Below are positions 26,015-37,434 of a stretch of 53,754 bases of DNA, piece after piece. The stretch spans positions 1 through 53,754 of the forward strand of contig CANSWW010000001.1 in NCBI GenBank assembly GCA_947650845.1, in the 5' to 3' direction. This DNA comes from an uncultured Lachnospiraceae bacterium (GTDB lineage Bacteria; Bacillota; Clostridia; Lachnospirales; Lachnospiraceae). The position numbers and the translations under genes are program-made. The notes under the pieces were generated by a model, which saw only the letters and a program-made list of their open reading frames with translations, did no database searches and was not told the DNA's origin. How positions within the stretch are numbered: the stretch's first letter is position 1; the number at the start of each line of letters is the position of its first letter.

Positions 26015-26782
26015 ATGAATACGCAATGGATCGGGCATCCGTTCTTTCATATGGAGGAAGTGGATTCTACGAACGAAGCAGCAAAAAGATTTGCAAATCA
26101 GGGCGTCGAAAGCGGCGCCCTGATTGTTGCTGAAAAACAAACGGCCGGCAAGGGACGCAGAGGCCGTTCCTGGAGCAACACAGCCGGGGAAAGCCTTCAG
26201 ATGTCGCTGCTGCTGCGGCCGGAGCTTACGCCGAAGGAGGCGTCGGGCCTGACGCTGGCGGCGGCGCTGGCCGTCTCTCGGGCCGTGGAATCCCTGCCAG
26301 GCTCTCTGCGCCCGCAGATCAAATGGCCGAACGACGTGATTGTGGGAACAAAAAAAATCTGCGGAATTCTGGTGGAGCTGCTTTTGGACTCAGACCAAAG
26401 CAGCGTGATAATCGGGATCGGCGTAAATGTCAATAATTCGGTGTTTCCTGGGGAGCTTCGGGAAAAAGCGACGTCTTTAAAACTGGCGACGGGAGGGCAG
26501 ATTGACAGAGAGTCTTTGATGGAGAAAATCTGGCAGGAATTTGAGGCGATCTATGAGCAGTATCTTTTGACAAAAGATATGAGCGGGCTGAAGGCCGACT
26601 ATGAACAGCGCCTGGTCAATATCGGCCGTCAGGTATGTGTGAGTTATGGAAACGAGAGTCTGGAGGGAGTGGCGGAAGGCATCGACGTTGAAGGCCATTT
26701 GTTGCTGCGGGCCAAAGACGGCGGATTGCGTCATATTGAGGCGGGCGAAGTCTCCGTGCGGGGGATTTACGGATATGTGTAG
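26015..26782 (+). CDS. birA: Biotin--[acetyl-CoA-carboxylase] ligase, catalytic only with no N-terminal HTH.
   Basis: GKGRRGRSW motif and KWPNDV. Confidence 0.9.
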   Translation: MNTQWIGHPFFHMEEVDSTNEAAKRFANQGVESGALIVAEKQTAGKGRRGRSWSNTAGESLQMSLLLRPELTPKEASGLTLAAALAVSRAVESLPGSLRPQIKWPNDVIVGTKKICGILVELLLDSDQSSVIIGIGVNVNNSVFPGELREKATSLKLATGGQIDRESLMEKIWQEFEAIYEQYLLTKDMSGLKADYEQRLVNIGRQVCVSYGNESLEGVAEGIDVEGHLLLRAKDGGLRHIEAGEVSVRGIYGYV

Positions 26783-26845
26783 AGGGGACAGGAGTATTTG
26801 TTATGCCCTGTAAACAGGGGGCCGGCGTAAGAGGAGGACAAGCCG

Positions 26846-27181
26846 ATGGTTCTTTGCGGAGCAAATTCATATACACAGAAATATTATTTGGGGGACGAGT
26901 TTTCCCTGCTGCCGGAGGCGGTAAAACAGGAGCTGCAGATTCTATGCGTGCTTTATGTGGAGGAGATCGGCGGCATTTTGACGCTGGAGTACGACGAAGA
27001 AGGGAACCTGGAATTTCGGGTGGATTCGGAAGAAGGGGACTATCTGTTCGATGATATCGGCAGCGTGCTGAAAATCAAGCAGCTGCGAGAGGAGAAGAAG
27101 GAGCTTTTGGAAGCGCTGGAGCTGTTTTACCGGACCTTTTTAGGGCAGGCGGAAGCGAACGGGCAGGAGGGACAGGCATGA
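26846..27181 (+). CDS. Hypothetical acidic protein.
   Basis: RBS AGAGGAGGA. 111 aa. It overlaps the dusB start by 4 nt. No family assigned with confidence. Confidence 0.6.
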   Translation: MVLCGANSYTQKYYLGDEFSLLPEAVKQELQILCVLYVEEIGGILTLEYDEEGNLEFRVDSEEGDYLFDDIGSVLKIKQLREEKKELLEALELFYRTFLGQAEANGQEGQA

Positions 27182-28134
27182 AAATCGGCGGCTGTGAAAT
27201 CCATACGCCCGTACTGCTTGCACCGATGGCCGGGGTCTCCGACTTGGCGTTTCGCATGCTGTGCCGGGAGCAGGGGGCGGGGCTGGTGTGTACGGAGATG
27301 GTCAGCGCCAAGGCAATCTACTATAAAAACAAGGGGACGAAAGAGCTGATGGAATCCCGTCCCCAGGAGCGTCCTTTGATGCTGCAGCTTTTCGGTTCCG
27401 ACCCGGAACTGATGGCGGCGATGGCGGCGCAGGTAGAAGAAGGCCCCTGGGAAATTATTGACGTAAATATGGGCTGCCCCGTGCCAAAGGTAGTCAAAAA
27501 CGGCGACGGCTCGGCGCTGCTTCTGGATATTCCCCGAATCGAAAAGATCGTGTCGGCGATGACACGGGCCGTACAAAAGCCGGTGACCGTGAAAATCCGC
27601 AAGGGCTTTGCCTTGGAGGACGAATGCGCGGCGGAAGCCGCAAGAGCGGCCGAAGCGGGCGGCGCGGCGGCAGTGACCATTCATGGCCGGACCAGAGAAC
27701 AGTATTACGGCGGGCAGGCAGACTGGGGCTGCATCCGCCGGGTAAAAGAAGCCGTGCGTATCCCGGTCATCGGAAACGGCGATATTACTTCGGCCGAAAA
27801 GGCCTGGCGGATGTTTGAAGAGACGGGAGTGGACGGAATCGCGGTCGGTCGGGCGGCGAAGGGGAATCCCTGGATCTTTCGGGAGATAAAATGCCTGTTG
27901 GAAGGAAAACCTATTCCGCCTCGTCCTTCGGCTTCGGAGATTGGGGAGACGGCCCTGCGCCACCTGGAGCTGGAGCTGTCCTACAAGCCGGAACGTGTGG
28001 CCGTGCGGGAGATGCGCAAGCATGTAGCCTGGTATACGGTAGGGCTGCCCGGCAGCGCGAAGCTGCGCCGCTTGGCGAATGAGACGGAGACGGCCGAGGC
28101 GCTGCGGGAGCTGATCCGGGCGGCGGCAAGATGA
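27178..28134 (+). CDS. dusB: tRNA-dihydrouridine synthase.
   Basis: LAPMAGVSDLAFR, DVNMGCPV and TIHGRTREQ motifs. Confidence 0.9.
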   Translation: MKIGGCEIHTPVLLAPMAGVSDLAFRMLCREQGAGLVCTEMVSAKAIYYKNKGTKELMESRPQERPLMLQLFGSDPELMAAMAAQVEEGPWEIIDVNMGCPVPKVVKNGDGSALLLDIPRIEKIVSAMTRAVQKPVTVKIRKGFALEDECAAEAARAAEAGGAAAVTIHGRTREQYYGGQADWGCIRRVKEAVRIPVIGNGDITSAEKAWRMFEETGVDGIAVGRAAKGNPWIFREIKCLLEGKPIPPRPSASEIGETALRHLELELSYKPERVAVREMRKHVAWYTVGLPGSAKLRRLANETETAEALRELIRAAAR

Positions 28135-28177
28135 CAGAAAAACGTAAGGTTTCCTAAAACAAATATCGGTTTGGGTC

Positions 28178-28186
28178 TGTTATAAT
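28178..28186 (+). promoter_or_regulatory. Extended -10 element TGTTATAAT.
   Basis: Read at 28178-28186, about 80 nt upstream of CDS 28267. No good -35 seen. Confidence 0.35.
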
Positions 28187-28266
28187 CGTAGACATCACAG
28201 AGAGAGAAAGAGAGAAAAGGTACAGGTGTCGCGGGACAGCCGTTCCGTGGCCGAAGGGGGAGAAGC

Positions 28267-29097
28267 ATGGGCAACGTACGCAAGATGCGTCCGGGCGCTT
28301 CCGGGCACGGAAAACGAATAAGCGAAGAAGAGAGGGAGGCGCTGCGGCAACGGCGCCGCGCTTATTATGAATCGCTCTCACCGGAAGAAAAGCGTGCCTT
28401 TCAGGAACGCCGCAGGCGCAGAAAACGGATACAAAAGCTGAGAAAAATGGCGTTGAGCGGCGGGATCATGCTGGCCCTGGTGATTATTTCCGTAATCGGG
28501 ACGCTGATCCAGCACAGAGGCAAAAAGCGTTCCGGCGGGACGACGGTGTCGGGAACACCGGCGGCGACTCAAGATTTTGGCGGGACACAGCTGTCGGGGC
28601 CGGTGACGGCGCCGGATTGGGTGACGCAGAGCTTGATCCGTGTCAATGAATACTCCCGGCCGGGAACCAAGCTGGAGCAGGTAAACGGAATCGTGGTTCA
28701 CTATGTCGGAAACGTAGGGACGACGGCCGAGAACAACCGCAATTACTTTGACAGTTTGGCCGATACGGGAGAAACCAGTGCCAGTAGCCATTTTATTATC
28801 GGCCTGGAGGGTGAAATTTTGCAGTGTGTCCCGATGGACGAAATTGCCTATGCGTCCAACGAGAGAAACCAGGATACGATTTCCATCGAGTGCTGCCATC
28901 CGGGTGCGGACGGGAAGTTCACCGACGCGACCTACGATTCCCTGGTAAAGCTTGTAAAATGGCTGGAGGAAACGTACCATTTGCAGCCGGAGTCGGTGAT
29001 TCGCCATTATGACGTGACCGGAAAGGAATGTCCGAAGTATTTTGTCGAGCATGAGGATGCCTGGAAGCAGTTTCGCCGTGATATTGCACTGGAATAA
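28267..29097 (+). CDS. Membrane-anchored N-acetylmuramoyl-L-alanine amidase (Amidase_2 / PGRP fold).
   Basis: Basic N-terminus, one TM segment, then IVVHYVGN...SSHFIIGLEGEILQCVP...SIECCHP...VIRHYDVTGKECPKYF. Confidence 0.85.
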   Translation: MGNVRKMRPGASGHGKRISEEEREALRQRRRAYYESLSPEEKRAFQERRRRRKRIQKLRKMALSGGIMLALVIISVIGTLIQHRGKKRSGGTTVSGTPAATQDFGGTQLSGPVTAPDWVTQSLIRVNEYSRPGTKLEQVNGIVVHYVGNVGTTAENNRNYFDSLADTGETSASSHFIIGLEGEILQCVPMDEIAYASNERNQDTISIECCHPGADGKFTDATYDSLVKLVKWLEETYHLQPESVIRHYDVTGKECPKYFVEHEDAWKQFRRDIALE

Positions 29098-29223
29098 GAG
29101 TGTATTTGTGAAAGTGTGCCGATAGAAACAAAAATAAATAGAATAGTATTTGTTTTTAAAACAGAATAAACAGTTTAGAATAATAAATACAATAAATATA
29201 AAAGATTAACTTTATAAAAATCA

Positions 29224-29252
29224 GAAAAAAGGGTTGACAAATCCTTTTATAT
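29224..29252 (+). promoter_or_regulatory. Strong candidate sigma-A promoter (TTGACA-17-CATTAT with a TG extension) behind an A/T-rich UP-like tract.
   Basis: TTGACA at 29224-29229, TGg at 29244-29246 and CATTAT at 29247-29252. The region 29100-29220 is almost pure A/T. Confidence 0.55.
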
Positions 29253-29727
29253 ATGGCATTATAGAGTCACAAAGAAACAAGAAGAAATAAGACCAGAAAA
29301 GAGGTGTTTCCAATGTACTAAGCAGCCAACCCGATCAAAAAAGCATGGGATTCTGGCTCACAGCTCACAAGAAGAGAAAGAATTTCACGCAGGCAGCGAT
29401 AGCGAGGGAAGAGTTCCCATGAACGGATGCGGAACCGTTATCGCAAAAAATAAAACAGAAAAGGAAGACTATTATTTGATTGATTTCATGATGAATCCGT
29501 AGTGACGGCACTGGCTGTATTACCAATCTCACATTGGACGATGCAAGACGATGGCATCACACAAAGCCATAGATGCCCGGTCAGCAGATGCGGATCTTAC
29601 AGATAATCGGAATGAAACGGATAGCTGTGTGGACGGTAAAAAAGCAAATCCGGGACGCAGATAGCGGTGAAGGAAAACCGCGCTATAGATAATAGTTGAT
29701 TGCATATATACCCCAAATAAAAAGGAC

Positions 29728-29770
29728 CACAGCGCCAACTGAGAAAACTCACGGTTGGCGCTGTGTTTTA
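29728..29770. terminator. Strong bidirectional Rho-independent terminator.
   Basis: CACAGCGCCAAC-N14-GTTGGCGCTGTG. It is followed by TTTTA on the plus strand and preceded by AAATAAAAAGGACC, which gives a U-tract on the minus strand 175 nt after the pyrG stop. Confidence 0.75.
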
Positions 29771-29944
29771 CGCGTAAGCATAGGGGGCCGCTCTATCTTT
29801 CATAGGGCGAATGCCCGCGAGCGAGACGGAGCGAAGCGGCAAGGTGAATTGCCCGTTAGGGCAAGAGAGGGCAGCCTGGGCTGAGTCGAGCTGCACTGCG
29901 GACCACGCACGCAACCCTCCCCCAATTAGCCGCTCCCCCTCCCT

Positions 29945-31582
<1,638 letters not shown>

Positions 31583-31782
31583 AGTCAATCCTCCTCGTCT
31601 CGTCATGGCTTTGACGGATTTATTGCGGCATGGCCGCGGAGTACAGACTGCCTCATATTGCTTTCCCATCATTCAGCGGTTATTATACTACGCCGGGGCC
31701 AAATGCGCCAGCGTTTTTTTGCGGGGAGCATTATTTTAGAAAAGGTTTAGATTTCTGTCGCGGCTTTTTCACAAACTATGTA

Positions 31783-31811
31783 TTGATTTATCGCCGGGGC
31801 TTCACTATAAT
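31783..31811 (+). promoter_or_regulatory. Candidate sigma-A promoter TTGATT-17-TATAAT for ftsH.
   Basis: TTGATT at 31783-31788 and TATAAT at 31806-31811. Confidence 0.5.
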
Positions 31812-31878
31812 GATAGGAAGGAGACCCTATGCCGCGCAGGCGCGGTGAGATCTCCGGAATGATTAGGAGAAAATACGT

Positions 31879-33951
31879 ATGGATGACAGAAACAATGGAA
31901 GCGGCAGGCCGGGCGGCAATGGAGGGAATAACGGCAAACGGCCGGGGGGCGGAAGCCCGTCGATTTTTTCGTTTTTGCTTTTGGCCGCCGGGGCAATTTT
32001 TATGCTCTATATGTCGAGCGGGCTGTTCCGCCAGGAATCGCCGGATGAGATATCGTACAATGAATTTATCCAGTATGTGGAGGAGGGGAAGGTCGAGTCG
32101 GTCAAGCTGTCGGACTATACCATTACCATAAAATTTAAGAGCGAGCTGCCGGAGGGGACGCTTTTGCAGCTGTGGGGGAGCAGCCAAAGCGAGGCGGATT
32201 GCTATACCGGTATGGTGGGGGATCAGGAGGAGCTGAAGGACTACCTTGTGGAGAAGGGGGTCGAGATCAAGGGGGAGATCCCTTCCAGCGGGAACTTCCT
32301 GCTGCAGACGCTTTTTACGCTTTTGCCGGTTGCGTTGATTATCGGTTTTTACGTTTATATGATGAAGAAGGGCGGCATGATGGGCGGCCTGGGCAAGAGC
32401 AATGCCAAGGTTTATGTGCAGAAGGAGACGGGAGTCACGTTTAAGGATGTGGCGGGACAGGACGAGGCACAGGAGTCTTTGATGGAGATCGTGGACTTTT
32501 TGCACAATCCGAGCCGCTACTCGAAGATCGGGGCGAAACTGCCGAAGGGGGCGCTGTTGGTGGGGCCGCCCGGCACGGGCAAGACGCTGCTGGCGAAGGC
32601 GGTGGCGGGGGAGGCGAAGGTGCCGTTCTTTTCGCTGTCGGGTTCGGATTTTGTGGAGATGTTTGTCGGCATGGGGGCGTCCCGTGTCCGCGATTTGTTT
32701 AAGCAGGCACAGCAGAACGCGCCTTGCATTATTTTTATCGATGAGATCGACGCGATCGGCAAGAGCCGCGATACGCGCTACAGCGGCGGGGATTCGGAGC
32801 GGGAGCAGACGCTGAACCAGCTGCTTTCGGAGATGGACGGGTTTGATTCGGCCAAGGGGGTGTTTATCCTGGCGGCGACGAACCGGCCGGAGGTGCTTGA
32901 CAAGGCGCTTTTGCGGCCGGGGCGCTTTGACCGGCGTATTATTGTGGAGAAGCCGGATCTGAAGGGGCGCGTGAATGTGCTGAAGGTGCATTCGAAGGAT
33001 GTGCGGATGGATGAGACGGTGGATCTGGAGGCAATCGCGCTGGCGACTTCGGGCGCGGTGGGTTCGGATCTGGCGAATATGATTAACGAGGCGGCGATCA
33101 ACGCGGTCAAGCATGGGCGTGAGGTCGTTTGCCAGAACGATTTGTTTGAGGCCGTGGAGGTGGTGCTGGTCGGCAAGGAGAAGAAGGACCGCATCATGGG
33201 CAAGGAGGAGCGGCGGATCGTTTCGTACCATGAGGTGGGGCATGCGCTGGTGAGCGCGTTGCAGAAGGATTCGGAGCCGGTGCAGAAGATTACGATCGTG
33301 CCGCGCACGATGGGGGCGCTCGGGTATGTGATGAATGTGCCTGAGGAAGAGAAGTTTATGAATACGAAGGCAGAGCTGCACGGTATGCTGGTGCGTTTCC
33401 TGGCGGGGCGTGCGGCGGAGGAGCTGATTTTTGATACGGTGACGAACGGGGCGGCCAACGATATCGAGAAGGCGACCAAGACGGCGCGGGCGATGGTGAC
33501 GCAGTACGGGATGTCGGAGGAGTTTGGCCTGATGGGGCTTGAATCGATCGAGAGCCGGTACCTGGACGGGCGGCCGGTGCAAAATTGCGCGGACCGTACG
33601 GCGGCGCAGATCGACGAGGTGGTCAAGAAGATGCTGCAGGAGGCATATGCGGAGGCGAAGGGGCTGCTGTCGGAGAATATCGATGCCTTGCATAAGATCG
33701 CGGCCTTTTTGATCCGGAAGGAGACCATCACGGGCAAGGAGTTTATGGAGATTTACCATAAGGTGCTTGCGGAGCGGGAAGAAGAGAAGGCAGAGGCCGA
33801 TGGGGAAGAGGCCGGTACGGCGGGAGAAGCCGAAGCGGCAGAGGAAACCGGTGAGACGGTGGAGACGGAAGCGGCAGAGGCCGGTACGGCGGATAGGGCT
33901 TCTGAGCTTGCGGCGGGTCCTGTGGCGGCTCCGGAGGGGACGGATGCTTGA
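31879..33951 (+). CDS. ftsH: ATP-dependent zinc metalloprotease FtsH.
   Basis: Walker A GPPGTGKT, Walker [13 protein letters not shown], and the zinc motif HEVGHAL. It has an acidic C-terminal tail. Confidence 0.95.
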   Translation: MDDRNNGSGRPGGNGGNNGKRPGGGSPSIFSFLLLAAGAIFMLYMSSGLFRQESPDEISYNEFIQYVEEGKVESVKLSDYTITIKFKSELPEGTLLQLWGSSQSEADCYTGMVGDQEELKDYLVEKGVEIKGEIPSSGNFLLQTLFTLLPVALIIGFYVYMMKKGGMMGGLGKSNAKVYVQKETGVTFKDVAGQDEAQESLMEIVDFLHNPSRYSKIGAKLPKGALLVGPPGTGKTLLAKAVAGEAKVPFFSLSGSDFVEMFVGMGASRVRDLFKQAQQNAPCIIFIDEIDAIGKSRDTRYSGGDSEREQTLNQLLSEMDGFDSAKGVFILAATNRPEVLDKALLRPGRFDRRIIVEKPDLKGRVNVLKVHSKDVRMDETVDLEAIALATSGAVGSDLANMINEAAINAVKHGREVVCQNDLFEAVEVVLVGKEKKDRIMGKEERRIVSYHEVGHALVSALQKDSEPVQKITIVPRTMGALGYVMNVPEEEKFMNTKAELHGMLVRFLAGRAAEELIFDTVTNGAANDIEKATKTARAMVTQYGMSEEFGLMGLESIESRYLDGRPVQNCADRTAAQIDEVVKKMLQEAYAEAKGLLSENIDALHKIAAFLIRKETITGKEFMEIYHKVLAEREEEKAEADGEEAGTAGEAEAAEETGETVETEAAEAGTADRASELAAGPVAAPEGTDA

Positions 33952-33977
33952 CGGGACCGGTTAGTGAGAAAGAGGTG

Positions 33978-34012
33978 CGGGGCTGTTGTAACAGCCCCGT
34001 TTCGGTTGTTTT
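33978..34012 (+). terminator. Rho-independent terminator after ftsH.
   Basis: CGGGGCTG-TTGTAA-CAGCCCCG followed by TTTCGGTTGTTTT. Confidence 0.75.
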
Positions 34013-34073
34013 GGGCAGGTTGCTTTTTTATAATTTAAGAAGGAAACGGGTGTGAAGGGAGGAGAAGCAGGGT

Positions 34074-35555
34074 ATGGAGAGGAAGAAGCTTGGGAAGCAG
34101 GTAAGGGCATGTTTGTTTTTTGCGCCGCTTTTATTTGGCATGGCCGGGTTTTTCCTGGAGGCGGGAGAGGCGTTCGGCGATGCTTTGTTTTTGTCGATTT
34201 CTTTGTATATGATGAATTATCAGGATACGCCGCCAAACTTTTGGATCGAGCTGGGACGCTGGACGGCGCCGTTGGCTTCGGCCGGGGGGATTTTGCTGGC
34301 GTTTGCGGTGCTGCGCAAGCGCTTGAGGGATTTTTTATGTTACCGCAGGGGCAAAAGCGTTGCGGTCTATGGGCCGGAGGGGGAGCGGCAGGCGCTTCTG
34401 GCGTCGTTGGGAAAGGACGGGATCGACGGCGGGGAGCGTTTTGTGCCGGCGCAGCGTTATATCCTTTTGGGGGATGAGGCAGAGAATCTGGCTTTTTACG
34501 GGGAGCATAGGGAGGAGCTTGCCGGGCGGGTGGTGTATCTTCGCAGTGAGGCGCTTCCGGCGCAGTCGGTTTCGGGGGTGGATTTGCGGTTGTTTTGTCC
34601 GGAGGAGACGGCGGCGCGGCTGTTTTGGAAGGGCAGCGGCGGGGATGGGAGCCTGGCGGGAAGCGGCCGGCCGGGAGAGGGGCGCGGCTTGTACGGGCTT
34701 TCCGAAAGCTGCGGCCATCGGATGCGGATTGTGTTTTTGGGCTTTGGGCGGCTGGGGGAGGAGCTGTTGAAATATGGGCTGCAGGAGAATATTTTTTCTC
34801 CCGGGCAGAGGATTGCATACCATATTTTTGGCGAGGGGGATGCTTTTAAGGCGGTACATAGGGAGCTGGGGGAGATCGGCGACCCGGTGGTGTTTCATGG
34901 GGAGCCTTGGTATGAGGGGATAGAGCTTTTGGAGCAGGCGGAGATGGTGGTTGTCCTGGAGCAGGAGGGGCAGCTGGCGTTGTTGCAGAGCCTTCTTTTG
35001 GCGATCCGGCGGGAGCGGTTTTTTGTGTTTGCGGCCGGGGAGGCCGGGGTGGAGCTGCTTGCCGGGCGGGAGCGGCTGGAGGTGTTTTGGTGGCGTCGGG
35101 AGGCGTTTTTGCCGGAGAGGATTTTGGAGGAGGGGCTGTTTGAGCGGGCGAAACGGATCAATCTGCGGTATGCGGCGCTGTATGGGGGCGTGGAGGAGAA
35201 TGAGGGGAATAAGGAGGCAGAGTGGCGGCGGCTGGATGCGTTTACGCGTTATTCCAATATCAGTGCGGCGGATTACCATGAGGTGCGTCTGGGGATGCTG
35301 CGGGCGATGGGGGAGCCGGCGGATGCGGGGGAGATGTCTGCGGGGTGCCTGGAGCTGTTGGCGGAGCTGGAGCATATGCGTTGGTGCCGGTACCATTATT
35401 TGAACAACTGGAGGTACGGCGTCCCGGAGGATGGGCGGCGCAAGGACGGAAAGCGGCGGATCCATGCGGATTTGGTTCCGTATGAGGGGCTTACGGAGGG
35501 GGAGAAGGAGAAAGACCGGGAGAACATCCGGGTGCTTTTGTCGGTTCGGTTGTGA
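34074..35555 (+). CDS. Membrane protein with two Rossmann/TrkA-N-like segments and a C-terminal RyR (ryanodine-receptor-type) domain.
   Basis: Three N-terminal hydrophobic helices. It has KSVAVYGPEG and RIVFLGFGRLGEEL (GxGxxG). The C-terminus LAELEHMRWCRYHYLNNWRYG...RIHADLVPYEGLTEGEKEKDRENI matches the bacterial RyR-domain pattern. Confidence 0.7.
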   Translation: MERKKLGKQVRACLFFAPLLFGMAGFFLEAGEAFGDALFLSISLYMMNYQDTPPNFWIELGRWTAPLASAGGILLAFAVLRKRLRDFLCYRRGKSVAVYGPEGERQALLASLGKDGIDGGERFVPAQRYILLGDEAENLAFYGEHREELAGRVVYLRSEALPAQSVSGVDLRLFCPEETAARLFWKGSGGDGSLAGSGRPGEGRGLYGLSESCGHRMRIVFLGFGRLGEELLKYGLQENIFSPGQRIAYHIFGEGDAFKAVHRELGEIGDPVVFHGEPWYEGIELLEQAEMVVVLEQEGQLALLQSLLLAIRRERFFVFAAGEAGVELLAGRERLEVFWWRREAFLPERILEEGLFERAKRINLRYAALYGGVEENEGNKEAEWRRLDAFTRYSNISAADYHEVRLGMLRAMGEPADAGEMSAGCLELLAELEHMRWCRYHYLNNWRYGVPEDGRRKDGKRRIHADLVPYEGLTEGEKEKDRENIRVLLSVRL

Positions 35556-35582
35556 TGTGGCTTAGGGAAGGGAGGGAAGCGG

Positions 35583-36254
35583 ATGTACCGGATTTTGGTG
35601 GTGGAGGATGACCGGGGGATTGCAAAGGGGATTTGCGGGCTGGCCGGGATGTGGGGGCTGGAGGCGCGCTGTGTGGAGGATTTCCGTGAGGTACTGGCGG
35701 AGTTTGCGGCGTATGGCCCGCATCTGGTGCTTTTGGATATTGCGCTGCCGTTTTTTAACGGGTATCATTGGTGCGGCGAGATCCGGCGGGTGTCGAAAAC
35801 GCCGATCATTTTTATTTCTTCGGCGGCGGATCGCATGAATATGGTGATGGCGATGAATATGGGGGCGGATGATTTTATCGCGAAGCCGTTTGACGAGGAT
35901 GTGCTGATTGCGAAGATCCAGGCGCTTTTGCGGCGCACCTACGATTTTGCGGCGTCGGTTCCGGTGCTGGAGCACCGGGGGGCGCTTTTGAATACGGGGG
36001 ACCAGTCGCTTGCCTGGCAGGGGGAGCGGGTGGAGTTGACGAAGAATGAATACCGGATCCTTTTGACGTTGATGGAGAGCAAGGGGCGGGTCGTGAGCCG
36101 GGAGCGGCTGATGGAGCGGCTTTGGGAGACGGATAGCTTTGTGGACGAGAATACGTTGACGGTCAATGTGAACCGGCTGCGGCGGAAGCTGGACGGCGCG
36201 GGGCTTACGGGGTTTATTGCGACGAAGTTTGGGGTGGGGTATATCGTGGAATAA
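35583..36254 (+). CDS. OmpR-family response regulator (BceR-like).
   Basis: Receiver domain (ILVVEDD, LVLLDIALP) plus a winged-helix output domain (LTKNEYRILLTL...TLTVNVNRLRRKL). Confidence 0.9.
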   Translation: MYRILVVEDDRGIAKGICGLAGMWGLEARCVEDFREVLAEFAAYGPHLVLLDIALPFFNGYHWCGEIRRVSKTPIIFISSAADRMNMVMAMNMGADDFIAKPFDEDVLIAKIQALLRRTYDFAASVPVLEHRGALLNTGDQSLAWQGERVELTKNEYRILLTLMESKGRVVSRERLMERLWETDSFVDENTLTVNVNRLRRKLDGAGLTGFIATKFGVGYIVE

Positions 36255-36333
36255 GGGGAGGCCGGCGTGTTTGGCCGTAGCTGTGTGCCTGGCTGTGGCC
36301 GTGCGCCCGGCCGGTTTTGCGAGGAGGCGGAGC

Positions 36334-37320
36334 GTGGATTTTTTTTGGAAATATTTGCGGCAGCGTCGGGCGGGGATGCTGGTATTGCTTGTGTTTGCGG
36401 GTATCTTTTTGGGGGCTTTTTTGCTGTACCGCCTGCCGGCGGGGGCGGTGCTGTATCCGGCGCTTTTGTGCGGACTGCTGGGCGGGCTGCTTTTGGCTGT
36501 GGATTATGGGCGGTGCTGGCGCCGGCACCGGCGGCTTTTGGAGCTGGGGAGGCAGCCGGCGGCTTTGATGGAGGGGTTTCCGGCGGCAGAGCGGGTGGAG
36601 GAGGAGGATTACCAGCGGATTATTGAGGCGTTGAAGCGGGCGCAGCGGGAGCTGGAGGACGGGATGGGGCGGCGTTATGGGGAGATGGTGGATTATTATA
36701 CGTTGTGGGTGCACCAGATCAAGACGCCGATTGCTTCGATGCGGCTGAAGCTGCAAGCGGAGGATTCGCCGTTGGCGCGGGGCGTGCGGGGGGATTTGTT
36801 CCGGATTGAGCAGTATGTGGGGATGGTGCTGGCGTTTTTGCGGCTGGATTCGGATACGACGGATTATGTGATCCGGGAGTATGCGGTGGACGGGATTGTG
36901 CGCCAGGCGGTGCGGCGGTTTGCGGGGGCGTTTATTGGGCGGCGGATCGGGTTGTGTTATGAGCCGGTGGGGGCGTCGGTGGTGACGGATGAGAAGTGGC
37001 TTTTGTTTGTGCTGGAGCAGCTTTTGGATAATGCGCTTAAGTATACGCCGGAGAATGGGACGGTGACGGTGGGCTGGGAGGAGCCGGGGACGCTTTTGAT
37101 CCGGGATACGGGGATCGGGATTGCGCCGGAGGATTTGCCGCGGATTTTTGAGCGGGGGTATACGGGGTATAACGGGCGGGCGGACAAGCGCGCCAGCGGG
37201 ATCGGGTTGTATTTGTGCCGGAGGGTTTGCGGGAATTTGGGGCATGGGCTGGCGGTGGAGTCGGAGCCGGGGCGGGGGACGGTGGTGCGGGTGAGGTTTT
37301 CCGTTGATAAGGGGGTATGA
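36334..37320 (+). CDS. Intramembrane-sensing histidine kinase (BceS-like).
   Basis: GTG start at 36334 after GAGGAGG. It has two TM helices with almost no extracellular loop, an H-box WVHQIKTPIASM, an N-box LLDNALKYT and a G-box RDTGIGI. The track's upstream extension is rejected. Confidence 0.85.
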   Translation: MDFFWKYLRQRRAGMLVLLVFAGIFLGAFLLYRLPAGAVLYPALLCGLLGGLLLAVDYGRCWRRHRRLLELGRQPAALMEGFPAAERVEEEDYQRIIEALKRAQRELEDGMGRRYGEMVDYYTLWVHQIKTPIASMRLKLQAEDSPLARGVRGDLFRIEQYVGMVLAFLRLDSDTTDYVIREYAVDGIVRQAVRRFAGAFIGRRIGLCYEPVGASVVTDEKWLLFVLEQLLDNALKYTPENGTVTVGWEEPGTLLIRDTGIGIAPEDLPRIFERGYTGYNGRADKRASGIGLYLCRRVCGNLGHGLAVESEPGRGTVVRVRFSVDKGV

Positions 37321-37379
37321 GGCGTTAGGCAATGATGCTAAGGCATAGGGCCTGGCGGGGGGATGGTGGCTATGAAGCG

Positions 37380-37423
37380 GTGTAAAGCCTTTGGCGGATT
37401 CGCGGGGGCTTTACACTTTTTTT
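37380..37423 (+). terminator. Rho-independent terminator after the kinase gene.
   Basis: GTGTAAAGCC-N17-GGCTTTACAC followed by TTTTTTT. Confidence 0.8.
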
Positions 37424-37434
37424 GAGGGGATTTC

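Noticed and set aside
29250-29770. RNase P RNA, tmRNA, SRP RNA, 6S RNA, T-box or cobalamin riboswitch in the orphan transcription unit.
   Set aside because: Hallmark strings are not present on either strand as far as I can read. Those checked were GAGGAAAGTCC for RNase P, a tRNA-like acceptor/T-arm and tag ORF for tmRNA, the T-box 14-mer, and the B12 box. The call is left as unassigned.
31747-33759. 670-aa minus-strand ORF covering the whole ftsH locus.
   Set aside because: It is antisense to an unmistakable FtsH gene. The translation is Arg/Leu/His/Pro-rich low complexity with no motifs or RBS. This is a typical stop-codon-poor antisense frame in high-G+C DNA.
33961-37332. Long minus-strand ORFs 33961..34818, 34335..35465 and 36214..37332.
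   Set aside because: They are Pro/Arg/His/Gln-rich nonsense and lie antisense to well-supported plus-strand genes (the RyR-domain protein and the histidine kinase). They have no RBS or domain signatures.
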